Counted from the whole stretch's first letter, positions 40,620 to 55,775 are shown. The stretch: DNA of 63,616 nucleotides, filler included, from Octopus bimaculoides (GCF_001194135.2; 5 parts of 5 records of this genome joined end to end with filler, not necessarily neighbours in it), one strand, 5' to 3'. Numbers and translations: made by a program. The notes: generated from the letters alone by a model not told the origin.

Positions 40620-40785
40620 TATATGAGGCCAGATAGCAGAACTGTTCGCCCGCCGGGCAAAATACTTGACGGCATTTCGTCCGGTTTGGCGTCCTGAATT
40701 CAAACTTTGTAGAGTTTTGTTTTGCCTTTCATCCTTTCGGAATCGATAAAAGTAATGCCAGTTGAGTGCTTGCCTTGTGACATAA
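40620..40785 (+). mobile_element. SINE family A
   Basis: GAATTCAAACT...GCCTTTCATCCTTTCGGAATCGATAAAAGTAATGCCAGTTGAG. Confidence 0.8.
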
Positions 40786-41199
40786 TTTGAACGCAATATA
40801 TAGATATATAGATATGTCTGTGTATGCATGTGTGTATACTACATATGTATCCACATATATGTGTGTACACACTCTCACATACACATATATAATTATATGC
40901 AATTTTACTATCACATATGAAGGTTTATCTCTACAGATTTTCTATAGTAAATATAGCCAGCACTGATCGTTACGTATCTGAATATGTGCAATGAAATCAA
41001 CAATGCGATCGAAGATGGCAAAATACGCAATCGGTGTATATGCATATTTCATAAGTCTTTGCTCCTTCTTCAGTATCACATCCAACCCATTAACCATCCA
41101 CGAATACATTGCTTAAATAACTGCTAAATTTAGTGGTGTAACATTATTCGATATATCAATTTGACATGCGTGTAATATATTTCGCCGTATATTATATAA

Positions 41200-41367
41200 A
41201 TGACGGAGACAGGTGGTGTAAAAAAGAAACAGATGTATTAGAATTACGCTCGGGAATTGAAAAAGTCTTTAACGTTTCGAGCCTAAGCTCTCCCAAAACA
41301 GGAACGCCGAAAGAAACAAGCAGAGAAAAAAAATGTGTCTGGTGGTTAGCGATCTATCATAGTGAGA

Positions 41368-41370
<3 letters not shown>
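41200..41370 (-). mobile_element. Repeat family F, diverged copy
   Basis: ACAGGTGGTGTAAA...ACGCTCGGGAA...AAAGTCTTTAACGTTTCGAGC is homologous to 7085-7220. Confidence 0.55.
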
Positions 41371-41439
<69 letters not shown>

Positions 41440-41912
41440 TTGGCTTTTTCAGTTTCCCCTCTACCAGATCCACTCAAATGGCTTTCGTCAGCCCGCGGCT
41501 AAAGAAGGAGACATCTATTCCAGTTTCCACGCAATGAGACTGAACCCGGAACCGTGTGTTTAGGGAGCAAGCTTCTTACCACTCAGTCATGTTGTGTATA
41601 TACATAATCCCTCGAATAACATTTGAAGACGCCACATTATTCTTTCAAACTGCAATATCCATTCAGCTTTTCTATAATTCGGCTCCATCTGTATAATCTT
41701 TTCTTTTCTAGGTACAAGGTACGAAATTTTGGGGAGGGTTCCAGTCGATGAGGTCGATCCCAGTACGCAAATGGTGCTTAATTTATGGACCCCGAAAGGA
41801 TGAAAGGCAAAGTTGACCTCGGCGGAATTTGAACTCAGAACGTAAGAGAGACAAAGTACCGCTAAGTATTTCGCCCGGCGAGCTAACATTTCTGCCAGCT
41901 CGCCGCCTTCTC
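41440..41912 (-). mobile_element. SINE family B 5' half (41440-41590) and full SINE family A (41700-41912)
   Basis: CTGAACCCGGAACC...AGCAAGCTTCTTACC; ACCCCGAAAGGATGAAAGGCAAAGTTGACCTCGGCGGAATTTGAACTCAGAACG...GCCAGCTCGCC. Confidence 0.88.
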
Positions 41913-42128
41913 CATCTGAACAACAATTCAGCGATTATTATTTCTTGCCCTTTTCTTTCTCCGTCTTCCACTCTGTCTAACTCTCTTACTTTCATTCTCT
42001 CTCTCCTTCACTTGCTCTCATTTTCTATCTTTCTTTCTCCCTCACTCCCCTTCTCTCGTTTTCCTTCTCTCTGTTTCTCTCTCACCCTTTCGCTCCCTTT
42101 GCTCTCTCCCTCTCTCTCTCTCTATCTC

Positions 42129-42172
<44 letters not shown>

Positions 42173-42729
42173 CACTTGCCCCCCTTGCTCTCGCTTTCTC
42201 CCCTCGTTCCCTTTGCGCTCTCTCTCTCTCTCTCTCTATCTATCTCTCTCTCTCTCTCCCTCCCCTACGCTTTCTGTATTATTTTTCTCGTTCTCTCTCC
42301 TACTCTTTCTTTCATCCAACGTCTTTCTCACTCGTTCTAATTCTTATTTTCTTTTTCTTCGACTTAATGAAAAAAAAAATAAACAACAAACACAAGAAAT
42401 AATCATCGTCTTCATATGACTTAATGAAGTGAATAATGAGAGGATACTCCTAAAAAAACACAAACAAAAATCGATACAAAAGTACATGTAGATGTTTTGG
42501 CACAAACGCACATGTAACCACACACTCAGTCACACGTACACACACACTCACACAAAGGCACACATCCATCATCTATATGCATATGTTTGGTTATATGTAT
42601 TTAAGACTGTCTCTATATATCTAAATATCTCATCTCTACGTATCATCTCTCTCTCTATATATATATATATGGATATGTATGTGTGTATATATACCTATGT
42701 ATATTTCGATGTTTGTCTATTATCAGCGA

Positions 42730-42783
<54 letters not shown>

Positions 42784-43575
42784 ATGTCAGTTTGTCTGCC
42801 TGTCTGTCTCTGTCTCTATTTCTCTTTGTCTCTCTTTCTCTCTGTCTCTCTTTCTCTCTGTCTCTATGCATGTCTCTGTGACGCGCTCCCTCTCTTTCTG
42901 TGTGTGTACATATGCGTGTGTACGTGAGTGTGTGTGTGTGTGTGTAGGGACGCGCATTCGTGTGCGTGTAAGTATGTAATGCAGATAAATAGATTGGTAT
43001 GTTGATAGATAAATATAAGAAAATATATAGATATATAGATGGGAGTATATATATATATATATATNNNNNNNNNNNNNNNNNNNNNNNNNNNNNNNNNNNN
43101 NNNNNNNNNNNNNNNNNNNNNNNNNNNNNNNNNNNNNNNNNNNNNNNNNNNNNNNNNNNNNNNNNNNNNNNNNNNNNNNNNNNNNNNNNNNNNNNNNNNN
43201 NNNNNNNNNNNNNNNNNNNNNNNNNNNNNNNNNNNNNNNNNNNNNNNNNNNNNNNNNNNNNNNNNNNNNNNNNNNNNNNNNNNNNNNNNNNNNNNNNNNN
43301 NNNNNNNNNNNNNNNNNNNNNNNNNNNNNNNNNNNNNNNNNNNNNNNNNNNNNNNNNNNNNNNNNNNNNNNNNNNNNNNNNNNNNNNNNNNNNNNNNNNN
43401 NNNNNNNNNNNNNNNNNNNNNNNNNNNNNNNNNNNNNNNNNNNNNNNNNNNNNNNNNNNNNNNNNNNNNNNNNNNNNNNNNNNNNNNNNNNNNNNNNNNN
43501 NNNNNNNNNNNNNNNNNNNNNNNNNNNNNNNNNNNNNNNNNNNNNNNNNNNNNNNNNNNNNNNNNNNNNNNNNNN

Positions 43576-43648
<73 letters not shown>

Positions 43649-44648
43649 CCATAAATATTATGGAATATAATTCAATTATAATGCAGTATTTATAGAGAAA
43701 CCATTCTGCACAATTCTCCATACAAAAAGAAATAGAATTTCTAATTGTAGAAAGAACAACTTACAACACGTGAAGATTTTATTGAGGAATATTAAATATT
43801 GTATATTAACATTGAGAAATATTAAAGATCGTATTAACAAGCGATGTTTATCTAAAAAGAAATCTTTGCACAGCAATGAGATGTTTTGTGGAAATAATTA
43901 GGAAATCTTGCATGTCATTAGATTAAATAATAAAATACCAAGAACACCCATAAATAAATATAACATTACTTAGAGTATAAGAGGCATGCATGATGTCTAA
44001 CTTGATTATATTCTTCTTAAAATGCTATTCCACTCTTATCATGTTTCTCATACAGATATTGATAAGTAATGGCACTGCAATAATATCATATTTTTCCACG
44101 TAACTAATAATTAAATTGAATGTCTTTTTAGTTTATTTCATTTTTTTTTGTATAATTTTTCTTTCTCTTTAAAATAATGATGCTTCAATCAAAATTTTCA
44201 AGTTAAATATATAAAAGACGATATTACCTTAAGAATTCAACAACAGTAGGAAAAAGATGATTAGATGAAAAACAACTACAAAAATAGGCTTTTGATGATA
44301 TTGAACCACGTGATACAAATTAAAACAACCTGGATAATTGAAATAATTTCCAAGATGTTCATGTTTTAACAAAGCTAACTGTGCTGTGCTGCTGTTCAAC
44401 GACTTTACGTTCTACTCAAAAGCTTTTCCAAACGTTTAGAAAAATATTCAAATTAGGAGTTACATTAATGCACACACACATACATAAACACGTGCATACA
44501 AACATACATGTATACACATCCACACGCATATACACACACGCGCGCACACACATATGACTATGCATATATATATATATATACATATATACATATATATATA
44601 TAGGCGTAAATTATGCATATATATATGTGTGTGTGTGTATGTGTGTGT

Positions 44649-44693
<45 letters not shown>

Positions 44694-44849
44694 CCCTATC
44701 TGTATTTATATTTATGCATCTACCTATCAATATGTCTCTCTTTCTCTCTCTCTCTCTCACACACACTTTCCCTCGTCATCTACATACATAAATATATATA
44801 TACACACATACGTACATGCCTACATATACATATATATATAAACGTACAT

Positions 44850-44911
<62 letters not shown>

Positions 44912-46297
44912 ATTCATACATATGCATACATGCATACATACATATAGATATATTCATATAGATAGATTGACATGCATGCATGCATTACATACATACATAC
45001 AAACAAACAAACGCACATACATACATACATACACCCTTGCATACATACACCCTAGCATACATACATGCATACAAACATACATACAAGCATTCATTTTCAG
45101 TTTCCATCTGTTCTTTCCATTGGAAATTACTAAACATAAATATATATTGTTTCTCAATATACTTGTTATTCATTTCAGATTTAAAATGTACTCACAACGA
45201 AATAATGCGCATCATTACAAAACACAATTCCTCAGTTTTAGCCTACATTTCGCTGTATATAAATAGACCCTAATCCAATAACTACAACAATTCCTATAAC
45301 CACATCATCATTCACATTGCGACTCTGGTTACCGTAATTTCTATTTCAAAAACTTCTACCCGACTCTGTACTACTTATTTAAGTTCTTCACACGGAGCTG
45401 AGCATTGGCCACCGATAACATTTTCCCAGTATTCTCGACTGTCTTTCTCTTCCGTATCTTGATTTTGATATTATCATCGATGTTTCTGTGAATTTGATTT
45501 TTTCTATTCGGGGGTGTTGGCCATACGCAAAACCCGTTTTTATCTCCGGATAGGAGGTGCTGCAGTTTAGTCTCGTCTTCTATATTTTGTTTTGTCAGAA
45601 ACTGAAGGCCTTAACAGGAATTTGCCAGCCCCTTATTGATGTACTTTCTTTCTCTTTTTTTTCCCCTAATGAGAAGATTGCATTGTTTTCCATCATTTTA
45701 TTCTTTCTGGAATAAGAACAATATTTCCTAAGAAACATATGTCGAAAGTATTAAGATTCGAATAACAACTGCGTTTAACTCGATTGATTTAATTATCTAT
45801 GTTATACAAAATCATTTCACCAAAACACGGAATCTTTACCTTTATAAGTAGGCTGTTACATCTTTGGTACTTGTGTGAAGTTTTCTTACTCTGGTAACTA
45901 TATTTTCCGTGCTATTTGTAAACATTGAAAAATTGTACATACACTTATATATACGTATATATATTCTTATATATTATTCTTTCATTCATTTACTTGCTTC
46001 ATTCATTTGATTGCGGCCATGCTGGAGCACCAATTTGAAGTGTATTACTTATTAAGCCTAGTACTTATTCTAGTAGTCTCTTTCACGAACCGCTACGCGT
46101 TTTTCAAATATCTCACCTCATATTATGCACACGTTTCCTGTTCCACTTTGTGTTCATTTGCTGAAATCCGATATGATAGTTTGTTTGGCGAACTCCACCA
46201 AACTGTACCATGATGATGAGGAGGTAAACCTCTTAAATTGAATCTCAGCTTCAACCACGACGTATGTATGCATATATATATATATATATATATATAT

Positions 46298-46505
46298 GGG
46301 TGACACGTAACGTGCGGGTGACACGTAAAAGCACCCACTACACTCTCTGAGTGGTTGGCGTTAGGAAGGGCATCCAGCTGTAGAAACTCTGCCAAATCAG
46401 ACTGGAGCCTGGTGTTGCCATCCGGTTTCACCAGTCCTCAGTCAAATCGTCCAACCCATGCTAGCATGGAAAGCGGACGTTAAACGATGATGATGATGAT
46501 GATGA
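46298..46505 (+). mobile_element. RTE-related SINE/LINE-end fragment (family E) with (GAT)n tail
   Basis: GAGTGGTTGGCGTTAGGAAGGGCATCCAGCTGTAGAAA...CCAACCCATGCTAGCATGGAAAGCGGACGTTAAACGATGATGAT. Confidence 0.75.
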
Positions 46506-46528
46506 TATATATATATATATATATATAT

Positions 46529-46569
<41 letters not shown>

Positions 46570-47022
46570 GAGATAGATAGATAGATGTTTTCGATCTAGT
46601 TTGGATACTTTGCCATCAAATTTGAATTCTTTGCAATCAAATTTGAATTTTTCAAAGAGACTTTGTAAAACAAGCTAAAGCGCAGAAAACGATTCGAGTT
46701 TATCCAACTCGAGTTTGTTGTCCCAAGCTCGGGGTTGATCGAAGTTCGAGTAACAGTGGGCTCTACTGGGCGAGTTAGATAAGATAGACATGTACTCCCT
46801 TACGGCCAATGTAGTTAAACTTTTTTTTTCAAGGCTTGAGCACCAATTTCGAGAGATTAGCTTAGAATCGATTTGTCGTCATCGAATATTCTTTCAAGAA
46901 TGAAGACTCCTATTTTCTACCGTTTGCAACTCTTCATCGAATGACTGTTGACAGTCTTCTGCGTTTTAGCTTGTCTTATAAAGTCAAATTTGATTGCAAA
47001 GAATCCAAAATAGATCGAAAAC

Positions 47023-47096
<74 letters not shown>

Positions 47097-47101
47097 ACAA
47101 C

Positions 47102-47139
<38 letters not shown>

Positions 47140-47437
47140 TATACGGGTACAGGACGTCACCAACTGTAAGCAACATGAAGTACGAAAACAAGCGAGTTAA
47201 ATACGCAAAGAACGAGAGAAAATAATAATAGGGCAGGGAACACAAAGAACGATCCTTCATCTAGATATTCTTGACCGAGGAATGTAAGAGTTTATATACC
47301 TACAAGCAATTATAAATGTATCTATTTATGCAGAGGCTAGTCTTAAGAACTAACATCGATGTTATAAGAAAATAAATTATACATAAATACAAATATACAT
47401 ACCTGCATACATACACACACACACATTCATACATACA

Positions 47438-47469
<32 letters not shown>

Positions 47470-48396
47470 CATACATACATACATACATACATACATACAT
47501 ACATACATACAAACAAACATACCCTGTTGTTGATGTTGAAATTCCAATAAAGGAACCTTGGATCTAGGTTAGAAACCGGTTCTTTCTCCATAGGCAAGAA
47601 ATCTTGAAATAAACTGAATAACGACATACATACATACATGCGTACATAAACACAAAAAGTCACCTAACAAGTATTTAGCAAAGTAGTTGACAGGAATATG
47701 TATTACTTCATGTTACGTATACTCAACCCTATACACATCTCTTAACTTCGTTAACAAGCATAACGTAACTAATTCTGTAAAGAAATCACTATAACTAAAC
47801 AACTTCTCGACAATCATTAATATAAATCTTTCCTTTGCTGACTCCTAATACTACGTTCGCTTCTCTGTAACTTCTGCAATTGTTAATTCTAGAAGTGACC
47901 CAAAATATATGTAACCATTCTCCTTAACCTCTCTGCAAGATTCACGGCAAGTCGCTTGTTCTCTTCTAATGGAAGCACACACCAAGATATTCTGTTTGTT
48001 TAATACAATATATAAATATTATCTTTTCCTATTAGCCATCAGTCAGCTTTTACTCTTCTATTCATTCGTTGTTTTCTTATCCGTTCAGTCAACCAAAGCA
48101 AACTCACGTTTTCTCATCGCTCAACTCTTTTCCATTTATTTCTTTCGTTCTTTCTTCCATTGGGTCGTTTTTCTGTTTGTTCTTACTTAATATCTTCTTT
48201 CGATTTTCTTCTTTCATTCTTCATTTCTCTTCTCTTTCTCTCGGTATCTTCCATTCTTCCTGCTCTCTTTTACAACATCCGTGCCTTCTTTTCCTCGTTT
48301 GCAGTTGCGCTATTGTCATTCACTTCTATATCCTTCTAATGAATACTGTTGCTTATTATTATATATACAGTAATAACATTTTCTATCTGTATAACC

Positions 48397-48436
<40 letters not shown>

Positions 48437-48437
48437 C

Positions 48438-48486
<49 letters not shown>

Positions 48487-49690
48487 CCAAATCCACTATC
48501 TGTCTATCTATCTATGTATATACATATATAGATATATGCATACACAAACACACACAAACACTCACACGCTCGTACACACGCACGTACACACACATATATA
48601 TATATATATATATGTATATAATATCAATGAAAGGGTCCTTTGGTGGCTAGATGTATAAATAAATACACAGCCTAGGCATAATGCTGAAGTAATTAGATTA
48701 CCAGATAACTATACGTATAGGTGAGTGATTATTTCTTTAGCCCGTTTATCTCAATCCATGTCGCTACGTAGAACTCTCTATCTCTCCTATTGTCTCCCAA
48801 TCACACACAAACACACACACACACACAATATATATATGCACTCTCTCTCTTTTACGTTGTTTCATTAAGTTTATCCCTTTCTTAATCCTGCCTTTACTGT
48901 CTTGGCATTTTTATCGTTGTATTTGCCGTTTTAGACCGTGGTCGTCGCCGCCATCTTACTGAGTCTTTCGGTTTCCAGTATTTATTTGTTTGCCCTTCTA
49001 AGAGTCTTTGTTATCAGGAACTGTAGAAAGACAAATAAAACGAAAGTATTGTTAAGGGAATAAAAGAAAATGTAAGAAAATTAAATTGAACAGAAAAAAA
49101 AATGATATGAGATAAGAAAGAAACAGAAAAGCGAAAGGGAAAAAATGAATGTTGAAGGGGAAGACAGAAAAAGGAAGAAAACAGACAAACATAAGGAAAA
49201 TTGAATAAACATAATGAAAAATGCTGAGAAAGAAAGAAAGAAAGCTGAAAGGCATTACTAAATGAGAAAATAAAAGATTTATATACGAACTATAGAGAAA
49301 GAGAAAGGATACACATCAAAGCGAGGAGAAAAGTAGCTACGGATCAGAAGTCAATGAGGGAGAGAGGAAAATTTATATGAAAGAATCAAGGGAGAGCAAA
49401 TGCTTTTACCTGAAATCTTGGCAAAGATAACACCAGAAATTACTTTGCTAATTAAATAAATTGCTCTAATAACATACAGTTGAAAGGCCTTCAATGTAAT
49501 ATTGCAAGAGATTGCAACAACTTGATCTAAATACAAGTCTTTCTACCGTGGCATTAGTTTAATTTCGTGCCACACTCCTACAACTGCTGGCTTCTGAAGC
49601 TTGATCCGACCGTATTATCGCATATTACTCCGATATTAAAAATCTTCGTAGCCAGTCCCGAACCTTTTGCCATCTCCGCCATCTACTTAC

Positions 49691-49706
49691 TCATAGAAAG
49701 CTTTCA
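49691..49706 (-). CDS. Candidate 16-nt microexon (TGAAAGCTTTCTATGA)
   Basis: TTTCTTTCCTTCATTTTCTCTGTTCAG acceptor and consensus GTAAGT donor; one frame reads x-KAFY-(D/E). Confidence 0.3.
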
Positions 49707-52522
49707 CTGAACAGAGAAAATGAAGGAAAGAAATGGGCAGTTTTCTTTCGGCCATTGTGGAATAACATCCACCCCACTTTTTACTTCAGCTTCTCCATTT
49801 TCCGTGCTCATTTCTTTAACCTCTAAAGAGTCTTCGTGTTGTCATCTAATAGATTTTATCCCACAATGTGATTAAGTATTAACGGAAGAAAAATAATAAA
49901 CGTTTTATTATCTTTTCTCTATTTCTCCTGAAAGAGATTTTTCGTTCATCTTTCTTTCCATTCATTTTATATGTGTTGAAATTGTGAGGCAAACATCTTT
50001 TATTTTTCTTCTTCGTATGAGCAATTATATTTTTACCGGCTTTCGCATTTCACATGTACATATTCATATACATACTTCTGAATACATATTCATATATATA
50101 CTTCTGAATACATACACAGTTATATTTGAACAGCCAGATGATCACACACAAAAATATACATATATAATTCAGTGTATATATATATAATGTATATAAATAT
50201 ATTTATATATAATATATATATATAAATATATATACATATATACATATGTACATATATATATANNNNNNNNNNNNNNNNNNNNNNNNNNNNNNNNNNNNNN
50301 NNNNNNNNNNNNNNNNNNNNNNNNNNNNNNNNNNNNNNNNNNNNNNNNNNNNNNNNNNNNNNNNNNNNNNNNNNNNNNNNNNNNNNNNNNNNNNNNNNNN
50401 NNNNNNNNNNNNNNNNNNNNNNNNNNNNNNNNNNNNNNNNNNNNNNNNNNNNNNATATATATATATATATATATACACATACATTTTTGCACGCATGTGT
50501 ATACACACATATGTGTGTGTAGTATGTGTATGTCGATGTTATGCATGTGTATTATGTGTATGAAATGTATATAAATGTATATACATTGACAATGTTTATA
50601 AATGTTTGTATTTAGTATATGTTTATAAATTAATTTCTTTTCATTCTATTGTATGATATTTTTTTTATATTTCATCATCCATCTACCACCATTTGTTTAA
50701 ACTATATACATACACACATATGTATACATAAGTACATACATATAAATATGTGTCTGTGTACATAAGCATATATATATGTGTGTGTATGTGTGTGTATGTG
50801 TGTGTGTGTGTATGTGTGTGCGAGAGAGTTTTTTTTTTCTTTTGTTCTTCATCTTTTATTTCCTCTTCTCTAAATCGGCAAAGAAAACGTCATGGACATT
50901 TGGGGATTTGGGATTTGATGGGAAATTACTACATTCAGTAGTTTCATTTAAAAGATTAAGATGAACCACTCACGTCTGATGGCTAAGAATTAAACCAAGT
51001 CATTCTTATACTGATTTATCATAGTGCTTTTCAGGTGACCAGAAGTGCTTTTGTAACTATTTCAATACTGGCACTAGACTATTTGGAAACAGCTTTAGAA
51101 CCAAATAAGTCTCTTTTACTAGAGAAAGGCTACGATTTACTTTATTCCAGCGCCAATGTAAACACTCCGAAAGGATATATTTGTAAACAAGAAATGAATT
51201 ATTTACTGTGATGAACTCGATAAATGCTGAGAACGTTGAATCTATAGGATTTTTCTGACCATTGCAAACAGAATTTAATGGAAAGCATTTCTGTACCGTC
51301 CTGAAATTAATCCGTAAATGATTAAGAGCCAATTTAGGAGAGAGAGAAAAAAAATTATATGAAACGAAAGACCATCAATCTTTTATATAACAATGTTGCG
51401 TTTAACTCTTAGTTCGGCGATTTTTTTTTTGATTTTTTTTTTTTTGTTCATCAAATATTCCAGTAACAATGATGACATAAATATTTTGGCAAAGAATTTA
51501 ACGATAATAGTAGATTTCCAGGATTCTATATAAAAACATACTAATCTCTATAGAAAGAATATTTACGTGTTTAGTCTTTTTTTTTATTATTTAATATAAC
51601 TAAATAGTATTAATGAATATAAAAATATATTTTTTGCAACAAATGCATCGTATTCTTTGCGTTATCCTTTTGATAATGGTGGGCGGTTTTCGAAAGAATG
51701 AGAAAAAATATGCGAAAAGGAGAATGAAGAAAAGGATAAAGGAAGCGTATGTGTGTGTATTCGAATGAGTGTGTATATTGTACGGACAGTAACACAGTGT
51801 GTTATAGTTACATTACACTGATGTGTCGGCAGTGTGATCTAACCGAATTAAACTCCTTTTTATCATACTTGCCCGTTACGTAGACCAAAATCATCAGTCG
51901 ATCGAATCATATATAGAAAGCCTCAGAATTGTAGGTGTATTTTGTTGATTATACCGATGTCGTTAGATGTCTGGTACATATTTTCCTCACACAGTCATGC
52001 ATTTTTAAAATGGATTCAGCAACTGGCACGTAGCCACGTTGTGCAGAGACAGAAGGAAAAATGATATAGTTTTGCGTTGAGTAACGAGGCAATATGAGGG
52101 GTTTGTTTATCTGTGTTTCGCATCGGGGTCCATATGGCTCTTGGGAGTCCATATAAGATTTTGCTGCTACTTTCCTAGTACATCATTTCATCGACCTAAG
52201 TCAGACGAAAATCAAAATGATTTCAAAGCGATTTGAACTGAGAATTTAAAGCGCCAGATTAAAGATCGAAGCTATAGGGATTCGGCCGTAACATAATGAT
52301 AAGCCTACCCTCTACTAGAAAACTACAACCGTATATATTTTTAGAAATACATATACATAGATTCTCGGGAGATGACGGTACTTGATTGTACCAGTGGAGA
52401 CCGAAATAGGCACAATATACATCAACTAAAAATCTGTAACTTTATATGCATATACAGACCCCTCTACACATAGATACACACACACAACATAATTACAAAT
52501 ACACACACACACATACGCACAT

Positions 52523-52588
<66 letters not shown>

Positions 52589-52957
52589 TTACAATTTATA
52601 TGTAGGTATATACATATTATACATGTGTATATAAGGACAATATATTTATATATATACATAATACACACATATATATATATATATATACATACATAGATGC
52701 GTACGTACGCACATACATACATACTTACATATAGACATATGTGTGTGTGAGAGAGTGCCTTTACATATAAGCATATATTAATAAAATCAAATCAAGTAAT
52801 GGTATTTTCAGAGCATTTAATACATGCGTTTCAGATCATTATGAAATAAACAGAAAAGGATTTCGCCACTTACGCGATAGCATTTACTCATTTACACACA
52901 CATACACACACACAAATGCACGCATACACGTATACACCCATCCGCGAGAATACACAA

Positions 52958-53060
<103 letters not shown>

Positions 53061-53278
53061 TGAATGTTCCGCTATGCAACACTTCGCAAGATATGTACTG
53101 GACTATTCATGTCTGTAAGACATAATATTTATGAATAGTAGAATCTTATATCATTCACACAAAGGCAATAAGGGAAGGTAACTTTTGGATTTTTATTTCA
53201 TTCATATTCTATAAACTTATGGAATATAACAAACTTTAAAAAGATCATCTCTTATACACCTATGAAACGACAACTTAC

Positions 53279-53307
53279 CGCAACACTCAATTGGGATAAC
53301 ATTAATT
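53279..53307 (-). CDS. Candidate 29-nt exon
   Basis: TTTACCTTCAG acceptor and GCG|GTAAGT donor; two open frames (INVIPIECC or LMLSQLSVA). Confidence 0.25.
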
Positions 53308-54485
53308 CTGAAGGTAAATATATATGAAAGAGAATCGGTTTTTAAAATAAGTTTGGATGCTTAAATCAACAGGAAGCAGCTAAAAATTAAAGCGATAAGT
53401 TTTAATATTAGATGAATTTTATTATTAGATTTAGGATTATAAAACGAACCAAGCAAGGAGTAAAGATAATCATTAACAAATATTCTGAAACAGTAATAAA
53501 GTAAATATAAGAAAAATAGGGTATTTGCCATACCGGCGCCTGAATAGACACTAGGATTCTATATATATATCGCTGCTGTAACTATGTGCAGACGTAACCG
53601 TTGAAAAACCAAGCAAGGCCGAAATCAGGTGACCTGCTAGTTTCGGCGACGGTAGTAAAGGATTATCACCCGCTATCTAAATGAATAAGAGTGCTAATAT
53701 ACAACACAACTCCATACGAGAGGTTCTATCATGGTAAATACCGCATTATTTTGTCTTTTAACACAACACTCATTTTTAATGGAAGATAAATATTGCTTTC
53801 TGCTATTAATACTGATTCTGTTGCTATTAATTTCTTTTTTCGTTTAGGTTATCAACAGCTAATGATTAGTAATAGCGAGCCCAGCATGTGGCGTGATTCA
53901 AGTGGATCAACATTTAAATAATTCCCCACTTACGTAACTTGAAATTGCAGATTTCTACATTTTTAATACTCTCCATCTTCCCCAAAAGACATTAAGCTAC
54001 GTGGAATATATTGCACGAGATAAATATTTTCGTTAATTTTGCAAGCGATAATAACTCATAATTGATAAATCTTCCAATTTGATAAATACGCTATCGGTAT
54101 GAAGACGTTGGAAGGTACATGCGCTTTCGACCTGATTATGAGGTCATACAAAATGGCAGACCAATACAATCTCATAGGCTTATATTTACCAGAGGCCCTC
54201 ATAGAGAGAGATATCTTCTCCCCGAGCCTGTGATGGTTATCGAGATAAAGGATTAGATAAATGTTAGGGAAACATAATAGAATGATATACAACACATAGA
54301 AGTTTAGTATATTGTCCTTTCTAATGTAGGCAGATGACCTGAAATTTTGGAAAATAAGTATGTATGTATCTACATATATAAAATTACAATGTATATATAC
54401 ACAGTTTACCAATTTGTCATTAATAATAATGCTGAATAGCGTGAATAGGACAGAACATCCTTATATTGCAGAAAAATTTGTTTGC

Positions 54486-54558
54486 AGCCAGCCATGAGAC
54501 TCGAACTCACATTTCTATGATTACCTGTCATAGTGCTTTACTTTTAAGCTAAACTGCC
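54486..54558 (-). pseudogene. tRNA-Thr-like cloverleaf (pseudo-tRNA or repeat-borne tRNA module)
   Basis: GGCAGTT-TA-GCTT/AAGC D arm; TATGA-CAGGTAA-TCATA anticodon arm; GTGAG-TTCGAGT-CTCAT T arm; GGCTGGC-T 3' strand. Lacks U33 and the D-loop GG, has one extra base before the anticodon stem and one acceptor mismatch. Confidence 0.65.
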
Positions 54559-55599
54559 CACTAACAAATTCTTCTACAATGTTTGTACTTATAAATATAG
54601 CTTTTATATATGCTGTATGTGAAATTACAATATGTTTCCTCTTTGTTTCTTATTTTTCAGAAGTGTTGAGATGTATTGAAATATACAGATCACACCTTTA
54701 GATCATACGTGCACGTTTAAATACTATCTAAATTGGTTGGTCACACGCACGACTGCAGCCGGTACACATTATTCTTCACGGAGGTAAATAGTGTTGAGTA
54801 ATGTGTGAATAAGTTGTCTTTGTTTATCTCAGTGTTTTACATACAAGGGCAGCTTTTCCTGCCCGGAAAAGATTGAAAAGCAGACGGAAACATTATCGTC
54901 TTAAATGTAATTAGAATAATTTTTATATTTCAATCTTGTTCAACTCCATAGTGGAAAAGAAGAGAATGACATGGCTCTAACAACATTCCGTCTTCTCATT
55001 TTTAAAAAAATAATGGTAGTGTAAGCGCGCACGTGTGTTTGTGTATAATTTTGTCTCATATTTCTGCGGGTCTGGCATATTTAAGCTTGGGAACAATTTA
55101 TTTAACTTGCTCTCATGGCTGATTGATGACTGTATGATCAAAGAATCGCTGCCATCACCGCAAGATCATGCACCTTTTATAGTTGCATTTAGAACAACGT
55201 CACCATATGAATGTTTTAATTATTTAAGAAAGTTTACTGTAATTTGGGAAAATTTGAATACAGAAAATTGTCTTTCGCGGGGCCAAATAAAGGCGCGTTC
55301 GGAAGCAAGTGGAATAGCAGATTTTACTACATTACGTACGATTAGGACCTGGTGAAAGAAAGTGCTTTAAGATAGAGCCACTAGGTCTAGAATTACAAGG
55401 GGCTACGCCCCCCCCCCAATAAATCAGATTTGCATAATGTTTCTTTATTCCCGGCCTGAGTAACGTTTGGCTGTACGACAGATGACAGTGAGCAGGCTTC
55501 TACATGATCAATTGACCTACTAGAAACTGCAACTAAATCTGTTCCTCAAATCACTTCCAAAATTGGTTATTGTAAACAACATTAAATAATTCTTTCTAC

Positions 55600-55775
55600 T
55601 ATAGGCACAGGGCCTGGTATTTTAATGCTTCACTGGTACTTAATTTATCGACCACAAAAAGATAAAACACAAAGTCGGCTTCGGTGGAATTTGAACTCAG
55701 GATGTAAAAGACAAACGAAAAGCCGCCAAGTATTTTGCCCGGGGTGCTAACAACTCTGCCAGCTCGCCGCCTAAA
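55600..55775 (-). mobile_element. SINE family A
   Basis: TGGTACTTAATTTATCGACC...GGAATTTGAACTCAG...GCCAGCTCGCCGCC. Confidence 0.85.

Noticed and set aside
41829-42419. 196-aa ORF
   Set aside because: Starts in a SINE A copy and runs through CT-rich low-complexity sequence.
51035-51212. 58-codon plus-strand open frame after a TTTTCAG acceptor
   Set aside because: No convincing donor and no recognisable homology.
54661-54783. Plus-strand segment with a strong acceptor and GAG|GTAAAT donor
   Set aside because: Stops in all three frames; it could only be a non-coding exon, which sequence alone cannot support.
55035-55355. 106-aa ORF in unique-looking sequence
   Set aside because: TTG start, no recognisable motif, no splice support; length is compatible with chance.
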